A program made the position numbers and the translations under genes. The notes under the pieces were generated by a model, which made no database searches, was not told where the DNA came from, and was given only the letters and a program-made list of their open reading frames with translations. Shown here one piece after another: positions 8,397 to 17,173 of a stretch of 62,284 nucleotides of DNA. The stretch comes from a virus. The stretch is from positions 1 to 62,284 of the IMG/VR virus record IMGVR_UViG_2919730853_000001; one strand, given 5' to 3'. Each line of letters begins with the position of its first letter. The first letter of the stretch is position 1.

Positions 8397-8758
8397 TGGC
8401 ACTAACTGAATTACAGAAAAAATGTGCAATGATTATGGTTGAACACCCTGAAATTACTCAGCAAGCTTTAGCTGACACTTTAGAAGTTCATCGTAATACT
8501 ATCGGTAACTGGAATAGAAGTAAGGAATTCATTTCATATAAAAATGAACTTGCTATGACAGTACATGAAAGCTTCCTTGCTGACACACTGAAATTACTTC
8601 GAATGAAAACGTTAGACCCTAATAGTCGTGGTCATTCACGCTATATGGAAATGGCACTTAAAACTTATGGTGTTATGACGGACAAATCGGAACAAACGGT
8701 TACTGTTAAGGAAGAGAAATCGGAAGAAGATTTACTGAAAGAATTATTAGCTGACTAA
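8396..8758 (+). CDS. HTH DNA-binding protein, terminase small-subunit-like
   Basis: N-terminal LTELQKKCAMIMVEHPEITQQALADTLEVHRNTIGNW resembles the TerS-type HTH. ATG overlaps the portal stop. Confidence 0.4.
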   Translation: MALTELQKKCAMIMVEHPEITQQALADTLEVHRNTIGNWNRSKEFISYKNELAMTVHESFLADTLKLLRMKTLDPNSRGHSRYMEMALKTYGVMTDKSEQTVTVKEEKSEEDLLKELLAD

Positions 8759-8771
8759 GGAGTGAGATAGG

Positions 8772-9674
8772 TTGAGTGAGTTTGAAAATACGGATTTTCC
8801 CCAATATGAAAGTGACCCTGAATCATTAGAAGTACTCTATGCTACTGCATGGTTGCTTACTGTGAGGGCGGTATTAAAACTACTTAGCCTTCCTCCATAT
8901 GCTTCTAATACTGTGATGTTACGGCATCAACAAACTGTAATTAATGAGTTATCAAAAATATTCAATGACTTACGAGTGGGTACGGTGAAAACCGTGCCCC
9001 TTTTAATTACAGAGGCTTATACAGAAGGAGTTAAGTATTCCCGTGAAGCTTTAGGGAATGCGGCCCAAGGAGATCAGTTAACCATTACTAACAAAACGAA
9101 GATGGAGAAAATGATTGCTGATACTCAAAGTGACTTACTCAAAGCTACTCATAATACGGAAGAAAACGTGAAGAAACTTGTACGTGCAACAGTAGCTAAA
9201 GAAATGAGTTCCACAGGTGGGCGTACCCTGAAATATTCTAATATGTCAAAACGAGTTCAGGACTCACTTAAAAAGAAGATGCTGCTAGAAGGTATTGAGG
9301 ATGCAAACAAAGCCATCGTAGATAAAGCTGGACGAACTTGGAAACTCAAAACTTATAGTTCGATGGCGGTAAAGACCAAAATGAATTCCGCATATATGAG
9401 TGCGATTCAAGATGAAGCATTAGCAAATGGTTCTGACTTGGCTATTATCTCAACTAAGCCTGACACAGTAGATGCATGTAAAAACTACGAAGGCATGATT
9501 ATCTCATTGAATGGACTAACTGCTGGCTATAAAACGTATGCAGAATTAAAAGCTAGTAAGAACATTTTTCATCCCAATTGCGGGCATTTCTGTCGCCCCG
9601 TTTCTAGTGAGGCAATGATTCCTCCTGCTTACTGGAAGAAACATAAGCAACAAATGGACAAGTTAAATAGTTAA
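8772..9674 (+). CDS. Head morphogenesis protein (SPP1 gp7 / Mu F-like)
   Basis: 300 aa after the portal gene. C-terminal HPNCGHFCRP resembles the HxNCRC signature. Confidence 0.7.
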   Translation: MSEFENTDFPQYESDPESLEVLYATAWLLTVRAVLKLLSLPPYASNTVMLRHQQTVINELSKIFNDLRVGTVKTVPLLITEAYTEGVKYSREALGNAAQGDQLTITNKTKMEKMIADTQSDLLKATHNTEENVKKLVRATVAKEMSSTGGRTLKYSNMSKRVQDSLKKKMLLEGIEDANKAIVDKAGRTWKLKTYSSMAVKTKMNSAYMSAIQDEALANGSDLAIISTKPDTVDACKNYEGMIISLNGLTAGYKTYAELKASKNIFHPNCGHFCRPVSSEAMIPPAYWKKHKQQMDKLNS

Positions 9675-9677
9675 AAC

Positions 9678-9707
9678 GAACAGGCGATTATCCGTCTGTT
9701 CTTTTTT
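9678..9707 (+). terminator. Rho-independent terminator
   Basis: Stem GAACAG../..CTGTTC followed by a T6 run. Confidence 0.65.
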
Positions 9708-9867
9708 ATTTTCACTACAAACACAATTAATTTTCGCTTTTGCGAAAAAAGTTTTACTTTGCACCTGTAATTTAGGGGGTGTTTGTAGACAGGTATAATA
9801 GGAAGGTTTATTTACTGTTCCTGACTGTACGTGATAGCAACTTCCAACACAGTCAGTGACAGTGCAT

Positions 9868-9943
9868 TGAAGTATAACTCAGTTGGTAGAGTGACGCACT
9901 GTTAATGCGTTTGTCGCTGGTTCGAATCCAGCTACTTCAGCCA
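9868..9943 (+). tRNA. tRNA-Asn (anticodon GTT) with encoded CCA
   Basis: Manual cloverleaf: acceptor TGAAGTA/TACTTCA, D stem ACTC/GAGT, anticodon stem ACGCA/TGCGT with loop CTGTTAA, T arm GCTGG-TTCGAAT-CCAGC. Confidence 0.85.
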
Positions 9944-10028
9944 TACGTGAGTCGGGGGCATGACCCTGACCTATGTTCCACACAAATACCTATCGTGTCG
10001 TTGCACGTTAATCACGTAATAGGAAAGG

Positions 10029-10583
10029 ATGTTTCAAATGGAAGAAGTAACACAAGCAACACCGGAAGCAGTTGAACCGGAAGTAAAAGAACCGGAAGCA
10101 AAGGCTGACCCGATGATTCCTAAATCACGTTTCGATGAGATCAATAGCAAGTATAAAGAAATGCTTGCAAAGATTGAGGCTTTTGAATCGGCTGACTTAA
10201 AACGTCAAGAAGAAGAAGCAGCACGTGAATTAGAACGCAAAAAAGAACAAGGCAAATTTGAAGAATTGTACCAAAGTTCTCAAAAGGAACTAGAAGCTTT
10301 CAAGAAATATGAAAGCCGTACACAAGAACTTGAATCAGTAATTAATGGAATGGTTGAAACAAAACTCAAATCAATTCCTGAAGATATGGTGGATTTAATT
10401 CCAGCAAACTTATCTGCTGAACAGACATTAGCATGGCTAGATAAAGCCGAGTCTAAAGGACTATTCGGCAAGCCTGAACCTAAAGAAGTTGGAAAACCTT
10501 CGAACAAATCAAACGAAGCACCAAAAATCGATAATGCAAACTTATCGCCTTTGGACAAGATTCTTGCAGGTTTAGGACGTTAA
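10029..10583 (+). CDS. Scaffolding protein
   Basis: Acidic, coiled-coil-rich 184 aa immediately upstream of the capsid gene. An alternative start at ATG 10038 fits the RBS better. Confidence 0.6.
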   Translation: MFQMEEVTQATPEAVEPEVKEPEAKADPMIPKSRFDEINSKYKEMLAKIEAFESADLKRQEEEAARELERKKEQGKFEELYQSSQKELEAFKKYESRTQELESVINGMVETKLKSIPEDMVDLIPANLSAEQTLAWLDKAESKGLFGKPEPKEVGKPSNKSNEAPKIDNANLSPLDKILAGLGR

Positions 10584-10623
10584 TAACAAATCATCTTAGA
10601 TTATTTATGGGGGTATTTTTTTA

Positions 10624-11517
10624 ATGGCACTTACATTAGTAGATGCACAGGTATTGTCCCACGATGTATTACAAGCTGGCGTAATTGAAACGATTGTAAA
10701 GGAAAGTTCAGTATTATCTGTATTGCCCTTCCAAACAATCGAAGGAAACGCTTACTCTTACAACGTAGAAAAGGCATTACCGACTGTTGCATTCCGACAA
10801 GTTAACGAAGCTTACACTGCTTCAGAGGCACAGTTCGAACAACGTAGCGAGAATTTGGTAATACTTGGAGGAGATGTCGAATTAGACCGTTTCATCATCC
10901 AGACGTTATCAAACGTGAACAGTCAAGTAGCTGTACAAATTGCAGAGAAAGCTAAAGCAATTGCTAACACATTCACTAAGACTTTCTTCAATGGTAGCAA
11001 GGCACAAAACGCTAAAGAGTTTGACGGTCTTGCAGTGCGTATTGCTGGTACTGAACAAGAAATCGACGGTAAATTATCTGCTGGTTTAGACAAAGCTGGT
11101 GAAGACCGTGAAATCGTAGACAAGCTTAACGAATTACTTGACGCTGTTCGTGGCGGTGCAGATGCATTATTCATGAACAAACGTACTCGTCGTCGTATCT
11201 TAGCTGTACTACAAAACTCTAACCACTACGTTGAACAAGGTTCTGACGCATTTGGTCGTCCTATTCAAATGTATGCTGGTGTTCCATTACTTGTAGTTGA
11301 AAATGAAATCCTTGCTGACACAGACGTTTACGCTGTTAAGTTTGGCGTTTACACGCATGTAACTGGTTTAACTAACGGAGGCGTACAAGTACGTTCTCTA
11401 GGTGAGACTTCAGCGAAAGCTGTTGAAGTAACTCGTATTGAGTTCTTCTGCGGTCTTGCAATGTACAACCCATACTCAGTAGGTCGTCTAAAGAACTTCG
11501 GTGTAGTTGGGGCGTAA
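10624..11517 (+). CDS. Major capsid protein
   Basis: 297 aa, positioned after the scaffold gene and followed by a strong terminator. Composition is typical of a capsid protein. Confidence 0.75.
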   Translation: MALTLVDAQVLSHDVLQAGVIETIVKESSVLSVLPFQTIEGNAYSYNVEKALPTVAFRQVNEAYTASEAQFEQRSENLVILGGDVELDRFIIQTLSNVNSQVAVQIAEKAKAIANTFTKTFFNGSKAQNAKEFDGLAVRIAGTEQEIDGKLSAGLDKAGEDREIVDKLNELLDAVRGGADALFMNKRTRRRILAVLQNSNHYVEQGSDAFGRPIQMYAGVPLLVVENEILADTDVYAVKFGVYTHVTGLTNGGVQVRSLGETSAKAVEVTRIEFFCGLAMYNPYSVGRLKNFGVVGA

Positions 11518-11537
11518 TTGAATAACGGTAATTCACT

Positions 11538-11573
11538 GTGAGGTAGGGCACTTTGCCTTGCCTCACTTTTTTT
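11538..11573 (+). terminator. Rho-independent terminator
   Basis: 13-bp stem followed by a T7 run. Confidence 0.75.
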
Positions 11574-11594
11574 ATGTATAAGGGGGTAAAATAA

Positions 11595-12002
11595 ATGGCT
11601 GACGCTTTACAATATGCACGTAATATCAAGATTGTTGGTTCTGATGTAATGCAACCTGTAGAAATTCAAGGACGCATTTCACAAGTGGTTCAAGCACAAA
11701 ACGCTGTTTCTGTTGCTGCTAACACTTGGAACAATAGTTCATTTATTGACTGTGCAGGATTCGATACAATCACAGTTAACGTAGTAGTTGATAACATTTC
11801 TGCTAATGCATTTGTTGAATGTGGGTGGTCAACTGATGGAGTGAACATTCACGGAAAATCATTACTATCTTCAGGCATGGGTGCTGCTTTACAAGGAACA
11901 TATGTTGTTCCGACGGGCTTACGTTATGCACGTATTCAAATCAAAAACCAAGATGCAACTAATGCACGTACTGTTTCTGCACTAGTGAATATGAAAGCGT
12001 AG
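11595..12002 (+). CDS. Hypothetical beta-rich protein, possible head decoration protein
   Basis: 135-aa ORF with RBS GGGGGT. The call rests on its position after the capsid gene. Confidence 0.4.
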   Translation: MADALQYARNIKIVGSDVMQPVEIQGRISQVVQAQNAVSVAANTWNNSSFIDCAGFDTITVNVVVDNISANAFVECGWSTDGVNIHGKSLLSSGMGAALQGTYVVPTGLRYARIQIKNQDATNARTVSALVNMKA

Positions 12003-12013
12003 GAGGAAATTAG

Positions 12014-12238
12014 ATGCAATACGAATATGGTTTAACAGAGGAACAAATTAAATTAATTCAAGAACGCTGCCAGGCTATTATTGATGCGTTTGTACCTGAC
12101 CAGAACTACGGTTCACCTAATACGATGTACGTAGTTTCAAAATATAATGAACAGTTTCCTAATGAGGTTATCGGTGGCAATATTTATGAATACGCTATGT
12201 CAATTTCATTTGAGGAACAACCACAAGAAGAGGCTTAA
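12014..12238 (+). CDS. Hypothetical protein (74 aa)
   Basis: ORF with RBS AGGAGGAAA. Confidence 0.5.
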   Translation: MQYEYGLTEEQIKLIQERCQAIIDAFVPDQNYGSPNTMYVVSKYNEQFPNEVIGGNIYEYAMSISFEEQPQEEA

Positions 12239-12252
12239 ACGCCTCTTTTTTT
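12230..12252 (+). terminator. Rho-independent terminator
   Basis: Stem GAGGC/GCCTC followed by a T7 run. Confidence 0.6.
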
Positions 12253-12277
12253 ATTTATCTAAAAGGAGGTAATTCTA

Positions 12278-14563
12278 TTGATCTTAAATTACAAAACGCC
12301 TAAGAAAATTAGAACAGGGAAGAACTTACTTCCTAACTTTAATAGCCCTGAGTGGTTCAGTGATGATTCATCTGTAGGTGGAACAATGGTTGTAGACCAA
12401 CAGAACCCACATAAAATGAGTCTTGTTCTTAGTCAATCGGCACAAGGAAGATTAATTCAAATTCCTGTAAAGGCTGGACAAGCATACACGATTTCATTTA
12501 AGACAATGACAGGTCTTTACCGATTATACAGAGGTAGAACAAAACACCACGATGTTGCTATCACTATTGTTCAAGATACTGTCCCTACTACATTCACGTT
12601 TGTAGCTGATGCTAGTTATGGTGGATATGTGACATTGCGATTAACACAAGGTCTAGCTGGTACATTTACTTTTGAGAACTTGCAAATAGAAGAGGGCTAT
12701 GCTAAGACAGCATTTGAACCTTACGAGGAAGTTAACAAGGTAGCTAAAGGTGTTCCACAATATAACCTAGTTCCTCCTTTCTCACAATGGAATAAGTCAA
12801 GTGCTTTCACTGTGAATTCAGATTCTAAAATTACTGCATCATTCAAAGCAGGAACAATAAACTCATGTGATGTAACCATTCCCGTAGTAAAGGGTAAATC
12901 GTACACAGTATCCGGTAAGATTAATGAAGCTGTTTCTCGTATTCGTGTAGGACGTAAATCTGATGGTGGATATATTGGTGTACAGGTGGGTGGTTCAATT
13001 ACCTTTACGGCTACTGAAAACTTCATACTGCTATCCATTGACAACAATATGGGTTCACCTGTCTATGGTGGAGTAGCTACTTTTGAGGACATTGTAATGG
13101 TGGAAGGTTCTGTGAAAGTTCCCTTTAAGCCTTACAAAGAAATCAGCAAGAAAGCTTCATTAGTTCCTAAGAAGAACTTAGTTCCTAAACTATCCGATAG
13201 TTGGACAAGAAACGGTAGTGTAGCCGAGTTAGTATATTCGGATGATTATGCCTTGGAAATAAACCCTACGGGAACGTATAGATATGTAGCTTACAAAAAT
13301 ATTCCTGTTGTTATTGGTAAAACCTATGTAGTTAGTGGAGAGATTGAAAATAACACTAGCACATCTGCTATTCGAGTGTTTAAATCTTCAGACCTTTCTT
13401 CTGGAAACATTATAGCAAGAAATGGACAATCATTTACTGTTGATTCTAGTTATGGTGGTGTGGTTTCTGTAGTACTTAGTAACGGTGAACAGCTTACTAA
13501 AACTAAGATAAAGAACTTCCAGCTAGAAGAAGGTTCTGTAGTTACCCCATTCGAATCATATAAATTGGCAACTAAGAAGCCTGGATCTTCTATCAAAAAA
13601 GCACCTTATCGTAACTATCCTTTCTTATTCAAACGTGAAAACGTAGAAGTATTTGAAGGTGTTCAGTATGGTATCAATAACCCACGAATTAAGAATGGTG
13701 GACTATTTCTTGAAGAATATACATTTAACTTACTTAGTGGAAAAACTTTTCTACCTAACAACCCTACAACGATTGTAGATAAAGGTGATTCTTATTTAGT
13801 AACTGCTGGTTCGACTAGTAACTTCCAAGGGGCGTACCTAACAGGAATTACAGTAAAGGCGGTAACTACTTATACTCTATCTGCGAAGATTGAAGAACTT
13901 GGTTCGGCAAAAGGTAAGATAGACTTTGTTATTGAACAAACTGGCGGTACTACTATTAGAAAAAAACCTGTTAAATTCGGTGACAGATATTACATCACAT
14001 TTACAACGGGTTCAGGTGTCACTAGAATTTCAACATGCTTCTACTTGGGTGGCGGTGTTATTGGTGACGCATTTACTTTAGGTAAAGATGTTCAATTAGA
14101 AGAAAGAGGCTATCCAACCTCACCTGCAAACGGTGTCCATAAAGCAGATGATTTACAGATTCCAGTTAAGTTTGATGTACAAGGCGGCAGCATTGAAATA
14201 GAGTTTGACTATCATTATAGTGAGGGGGCTACTCAATACCTATTTGATACAAACCCTGAAGAACGATGGTTAATCTACAAAGAAACATATAACTCTTGGA
14301 TTATCTACACTAATGGAGTAAGTAGAGGCTATCTGTCTAAACTACCTGTAGAGGGAAGGAACACGCTGAAACTTTCTTGGACTGCTACCAGTTTTGAATT
14401 AATTCTTAATGGTGAAAAAGTTGCAGGAAAAGCACACTCTATTGATGGACGACAAAATAAAATTTTCTTAGGTCAACGATACACAGTAGGAAGTCATTTA
14501 GACGATGTTATCTATTCTTGTGTTATCAAAGATCATAACGGAAATATCCAGTTTCAATTTTAA
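12278..14563 (+). CDS. Structural protein with four tandem carbohydrate-binding-module-like repeats and a C-terminal ConA/LamG-like domain
   Basis: 761 aa. TTG start after AAGGAGG. The repeats of about 145 aa each end with a (Q/M)(L/V)EEG..PF.PY motif. Confidence 0.55.
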   Translation: MILNYKTPKKIRTGKNLLPNFNSPEWFSDDSSVGGTMVVDQQNPHKMSLVLSQSAQGRLIQIPVKAGQAYTISFKTMTGLYRLYRGRTKHHDVAITIVQDTVPTTFTFVADASYGGYVTLRLTQGLAGTFTFENLQIEEGYAKTAFEPYEEVNKVAKGVPQYNLVPPFSQWNKSSAFTVNSDSKITASFKAGTINSCDVTIPVVKGKSYTVSGKINEAVSRIRVGRKSDGGYIGVQVGGSITFTATENFILLSIDNNMGSPVYGGVATFEDIVMVEGSVKVPFKPYKEISKKASLVPKKNLVPKLSDSWTRNGSVAELVYSDDYALEINPTGTYRYVAYKNIPVVIGKTYVVSGEIENNTSTSAIRVFKSSDLSSGNIIARNGQSFTVDSSYGGVVSVVLSNGEQLTKTKIKNFQLEEGSVVTPFESYKLATKKPGSSIKKAPYRNYPFLFKRENVEVFEGVQYGINNPRIKNGGLFLEEYTFNLLSGKTFLPNNPTTIVDKGDSYLVTAGSTSNFQGAYLTGITVKAVTTYTLSAKIEELGSAKGKIDFVIEQTGGTTIRKKPVKFGDRYYITFTTGSGVTRISTCFYLGGGVIGDAFTLGKDVQLEERGYPTSPANGVHKADDLQIPVKFDVQGGSIEIEFDYHYSEGATQYLFDTNPEERWLIYKETYNSWIIYTNGVSRGYLSKLPVEGRNTLKLSWTATSFELILNGEKVAGKAHSIDGRQNKIFLGQRYTVGSHLDDVIYSCVIKDHNGNIQFQF

Positions 14564-14591
14564 CGCTATGGCTTCGGCTGTAGCGTTTTTT
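14563..14591 (+). terminator. Rho-independent terminator
   Basis: Stem ACGCTA../..TAGCGT followed by a T-run. Confidence 0.65.
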
Positions 14592-14662
14592 CTTTTTATT
14601 TGTGCAAAGAACCTGTAATTAGTAGGCGTTTCCTGTGCCTGTATTATAGGGAGGTGTTATAG

Positions 14663-14896
14663 ATGGCAGTAGAAGTACACGTACCTAACAAGTCTTATAG
14701 TGGCGTACTTTCAGGTGTTCATTTTCACCGTGGCATTGGTGTTTTCGAAGACGAAGCTAAAGCCCGTGAATTAGCTGAACAGTTTGGTTTTGAGGTAATT
14801 GCTGCTGGCGGCCAAGAAGAAAAGGCTGAACCAGTAGAAGAGAAACCGAAGGCAAAAAGAAAGCCACGTAAGAAAGTCGTTAAGGAGGCTGAGTAA
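14663..14896 (+). CDS. Hypothetical protein with a Lys-rich C-terminus
   Basis: 77-aa ORF with RBS GGGAGG. Confidence 0.5.
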   Translation: MAVEVHVPNKSYSGVLSGVHFHRGIGVFEDEAKARELAEQFGFEVIAAGGQEEKAEPVEEKPKAKRKPRKKVVKEAE

Positions 14897-15336
14897 TGGA
14901 ATTCACGTTAGTAGATGAATACATTAAGTCCAATTTGTTCTTTACAGAACCTTGGGACGAACTCACGGCTAGAGACGACGCTGAAAGAATCAAACAAGTC
15001 ATTGTAAATAACGCTGAAGCAATTCTGAAGCGTGAACTACCTCACCACTTCGATAGAGGGGAAGAGATTCCTCTTGATGTTATGGCTGAACAATGTCTAC
15101 ACGTTATCACTCGTGATGATTCAACTAGACGTGCCGAACAGGGCGTTAGTTATTTCATGGCAAGTGGTCTTTACCTTTCATTTGATAAAAACTTCAAAGA
15201 TTGGGCTATCGCACCTACAATTCTAAGACGTTATCCACGTCGAAGAGTTGCTAGTTATGCTTACGGGCGTAGCGATACGTACCGCACTAAGACAATGCTT
15301 GACCGTCCTTATGACGGTAAAACGAGGTATGAATAA
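14896..15336 (+). CDS. Head-tail connector (gp6-like)
   Basis: The call rests on position and size. Start and stop overlap the neighbouring genes. Confidence 0.45.
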   Translation: MEFTLVDEYIKSNLFFTEPWDELTARDDAERIKQVIVNNAEAILKRELPHHFDRGEEIPLDVMAEQCLHVITRDDSTRRAEQGVSYFMASGLYLSFDKNFKDWAIAPTILRRYPRRRVASYAYGRSDTYRTKTMLDRPYDGKTRYE

Positions 15337-15659
15337 TGATTCCTTTGAATCAGAAGGTTAATGTTTATTTCTCAAATCAAGGAGAGGACGAATGGGGTTT
15401 ACCTATTCCTGCACCTTCTCCTGTTGTCTATAAGTGTCGATTAGACTTCAACGCTGAAGCACGAATTATTCAAAGTGATGATGGTAAAGAATACGTTTTC
15501 TCCGCAACTATCTATTTCAATAACGCTGTACCGATTGGTTACAACGATTTCATTGAATATGATTCAGGCGTAGATGGCATTAAGAAAGTCAATCCCCGTG
15601 TTATCTTCCCTATCACTGACCTTGCTGGCAAGGTACTGTACACGAAGGTAATTGTCTAA
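15336..15659 (+). CDS. Head closure / head-tail adaptor protein
   Basis: 107 aa, translationally coupled, in the synteny expected for a siphovirus. Confidence 0.45.
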   Translation: MIPLNQKVNVYFSNQGEDEWGLPIPAPSPVVYKCRLDFNAEARIIQSDDGKEYVFSATIYFNNAVPIGYNDFIEYDSGVDGIKKVNPRVIFPITDLAGKVLYTKVIV

Positions 15660-16084
15660 TGGCTATTGTAGTCAAAGGCTTACGTTCAAATAGTGCAAAG
15701 ATAAAAGGGATTGTACACGACATGGGATTGAAAGCCATGAAAGCTAATATGCAGGACTTAAACCGTGTCGCTTCAGAAGCAGCACCTTTAGACGAAGGTG
15801 TGCTAGAAATGAGTGGTACTAACTCTGCTACTAGTACTGGTACTAGGATTGTTGGCGAAGTTGGTTTTGAAGCTTATAACGAAGATTTCAACTACGCTAT
15901 TTGGACTCATGAAGAGACCTACAATCTTGGTGAACGGTCTGCTAAAAAGTCCGGTGGTTCAGGGCTTAGTGGTAAGTCTTACGAAGTTGGTAAGGGCTAT
16001 TTGATTCGACCTTTTGAGGGTGAAGCGAAAACCTACCGTGGGATTATTGAGAAGGAAATTAAAGACGGGCTGAAAAATGCTTAG
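15659..16084 (+). CDS. HK97 gp10-like tail-completion/neck protein
   Basis: 141 aa, in the expected synteny. Contains an ASEAAPLDEGVLEMSG-type segment. Confidence 0.45.
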   Translation: MAIVVKGLRSNSAKIKGIVHDMGLKAMKANMQDLNRVASEAAPLDEGVLEMSGTNSATSTGTRIVGEVGFEAYNEDFNYAIWTHEETYNLGERSAKKSGGSGLSGKSYEVGKGYLIRPFEGEAKTYRGIIEKEIKDGLKNA

Positions 16085-16095
16085 GAGGGTTTTAG

Positions 16096-16476
16096 GTGAT
16101 TTCACTAATTGATGTTGTGCGATTCCTTAAAGAAGAATTGCCCGAACTAAATATCTATCCTTTGGAGTTTCCTTTAAAGTCTCCTAACAATTCAGTCGTA
16201 GTTGACATGACGGGAAATCAAAGCCCTGTCGCTGGTCTCTTTCCTATCAATGTTCAAATCAAGGTAAGGGAAGATCATCCTACAAAAGCTGAAAATGTTT
16301 GTTACGAGATTAGAAATCTCTTAGGAAATACAAGGGGAATTACCCTTGGAACTACACAGGTAGTACTTATTCAAGCTGTGAATCCTGTTCCTTTATACAT
16401 GGGGAAAGACACAGAAAGTCGTTACCTGTATAGCAATAACTTTAGATTCATGATTAATGAGGGGGAACTTAAATAA
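16096..16476 (+). CDS. Tail terminator / tail completion protein
   Basis: 126 aa immediately upstream of the major tail protein gene. Confidence 0.45.
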   Translation: MISLIDVVRFLKEELPELNIYPLEFPLKSPNNSVVVDMTGNQSPVAGLFPINVQIKVREDHPTKAENVCYEIRNLLGNTRGITLGTTQVVLIQAVNPVPLYMGKDTESRYLYSNNFRFMINEGELK

Positions 16477-16880
16477 TGGCAACTGGTCAAAAAATTGCTG
16501 GTGTTGATGTCCTTGTTAAGATTGGTTCACCTGCTGCTGCTATCGGCGGTCAGTCAGGGGCTACACTAAACCGTAGTATGAACGTAATTGAAACAACTGA
16601 CAAAACTTCCAATGGCTGGGTTACAAAAATTGGTGGAACAAAAGAATGGTCTGTAGACATGGACGCATTCATGGTAGTGGGCGATGCAGGCTATACTGCA
16701 CTGTCAACTGCATTCAAAAACCGTACGGAGGTGGACGTTGAAATGGCTATCGGTAGCATTACTTACAAGGGTAAAGCCTTACTAAGTGATTTTCCGGTAG
16801 AAGCACCAGCAGATGATGCTGTAACATTCTCAATTACACTAGAGGGAACGGGCGAGTTGACGGAAACTCCCATCGCATGA
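16476..16880 (+). CDS. Major tail protein (TP901-1/phi13-like)
   Basis: 134 aa. GATLNRSMNVIETTDKTSNGW..KEWSVDMDAFMV is typical of the family. Ends in a tandem TGA TGA. Confidence 0.7.
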   Translation: MATGQKIAGVDVLVKIGSPAAAIGGQSGATLNRSMNVIETTDKTSNGWVTKIGGTKEWSVDMDAFMVVGDAGYTALSTAFKNRTEVDVEMAIGSITYKGKALLSDFPVEAPADDAVTFSITLEGTGELTETPIA

Positions 16881-16902
16881 TGAGTACCCTACTTCACCTT
16901 AC

Positions 16903-17160
16903 TTGACTTTAAGTAACGGTACTTGGTACTCACCTACTTTAGATGCGGTGGACAAAACGAAAGCAGTGATTCGATTATTTGCTGTTACTTCAGGAACGCA
17001 AGTTACTATTCAGAAAGCTTCTGATGCAGAGACTTGGACAAACGTAACAACGTTGTCGCCTCCTGTTAACCAATTCTATTACTTCGATTACAACGTAGAT
17101 ACGGATTACTTACGAATTGTAAGTACAAACGATTTACAAGTATCAGTAGTGTTTGAGTAA
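16903..17160 (+). CDS. Small beta-sandwich-like ORF, possibly a +1 frameshift extension of the major tail protein
   Basis: TTG start with no SD. The +1 frame is open from 16861 and overlaps the end of the major tail protein gene. Confidence 0.4.
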   Translation: MTLSNGTWYSPTLDAVDKTKAVIRLFAVTSGTQVTIQKASDAETWTNVTTLSPPVNQFYYFDYNVDTDYLRIVSTNDLQVSVVFE

Positions 17161-17173
17161 GGAGGAATAAGAC

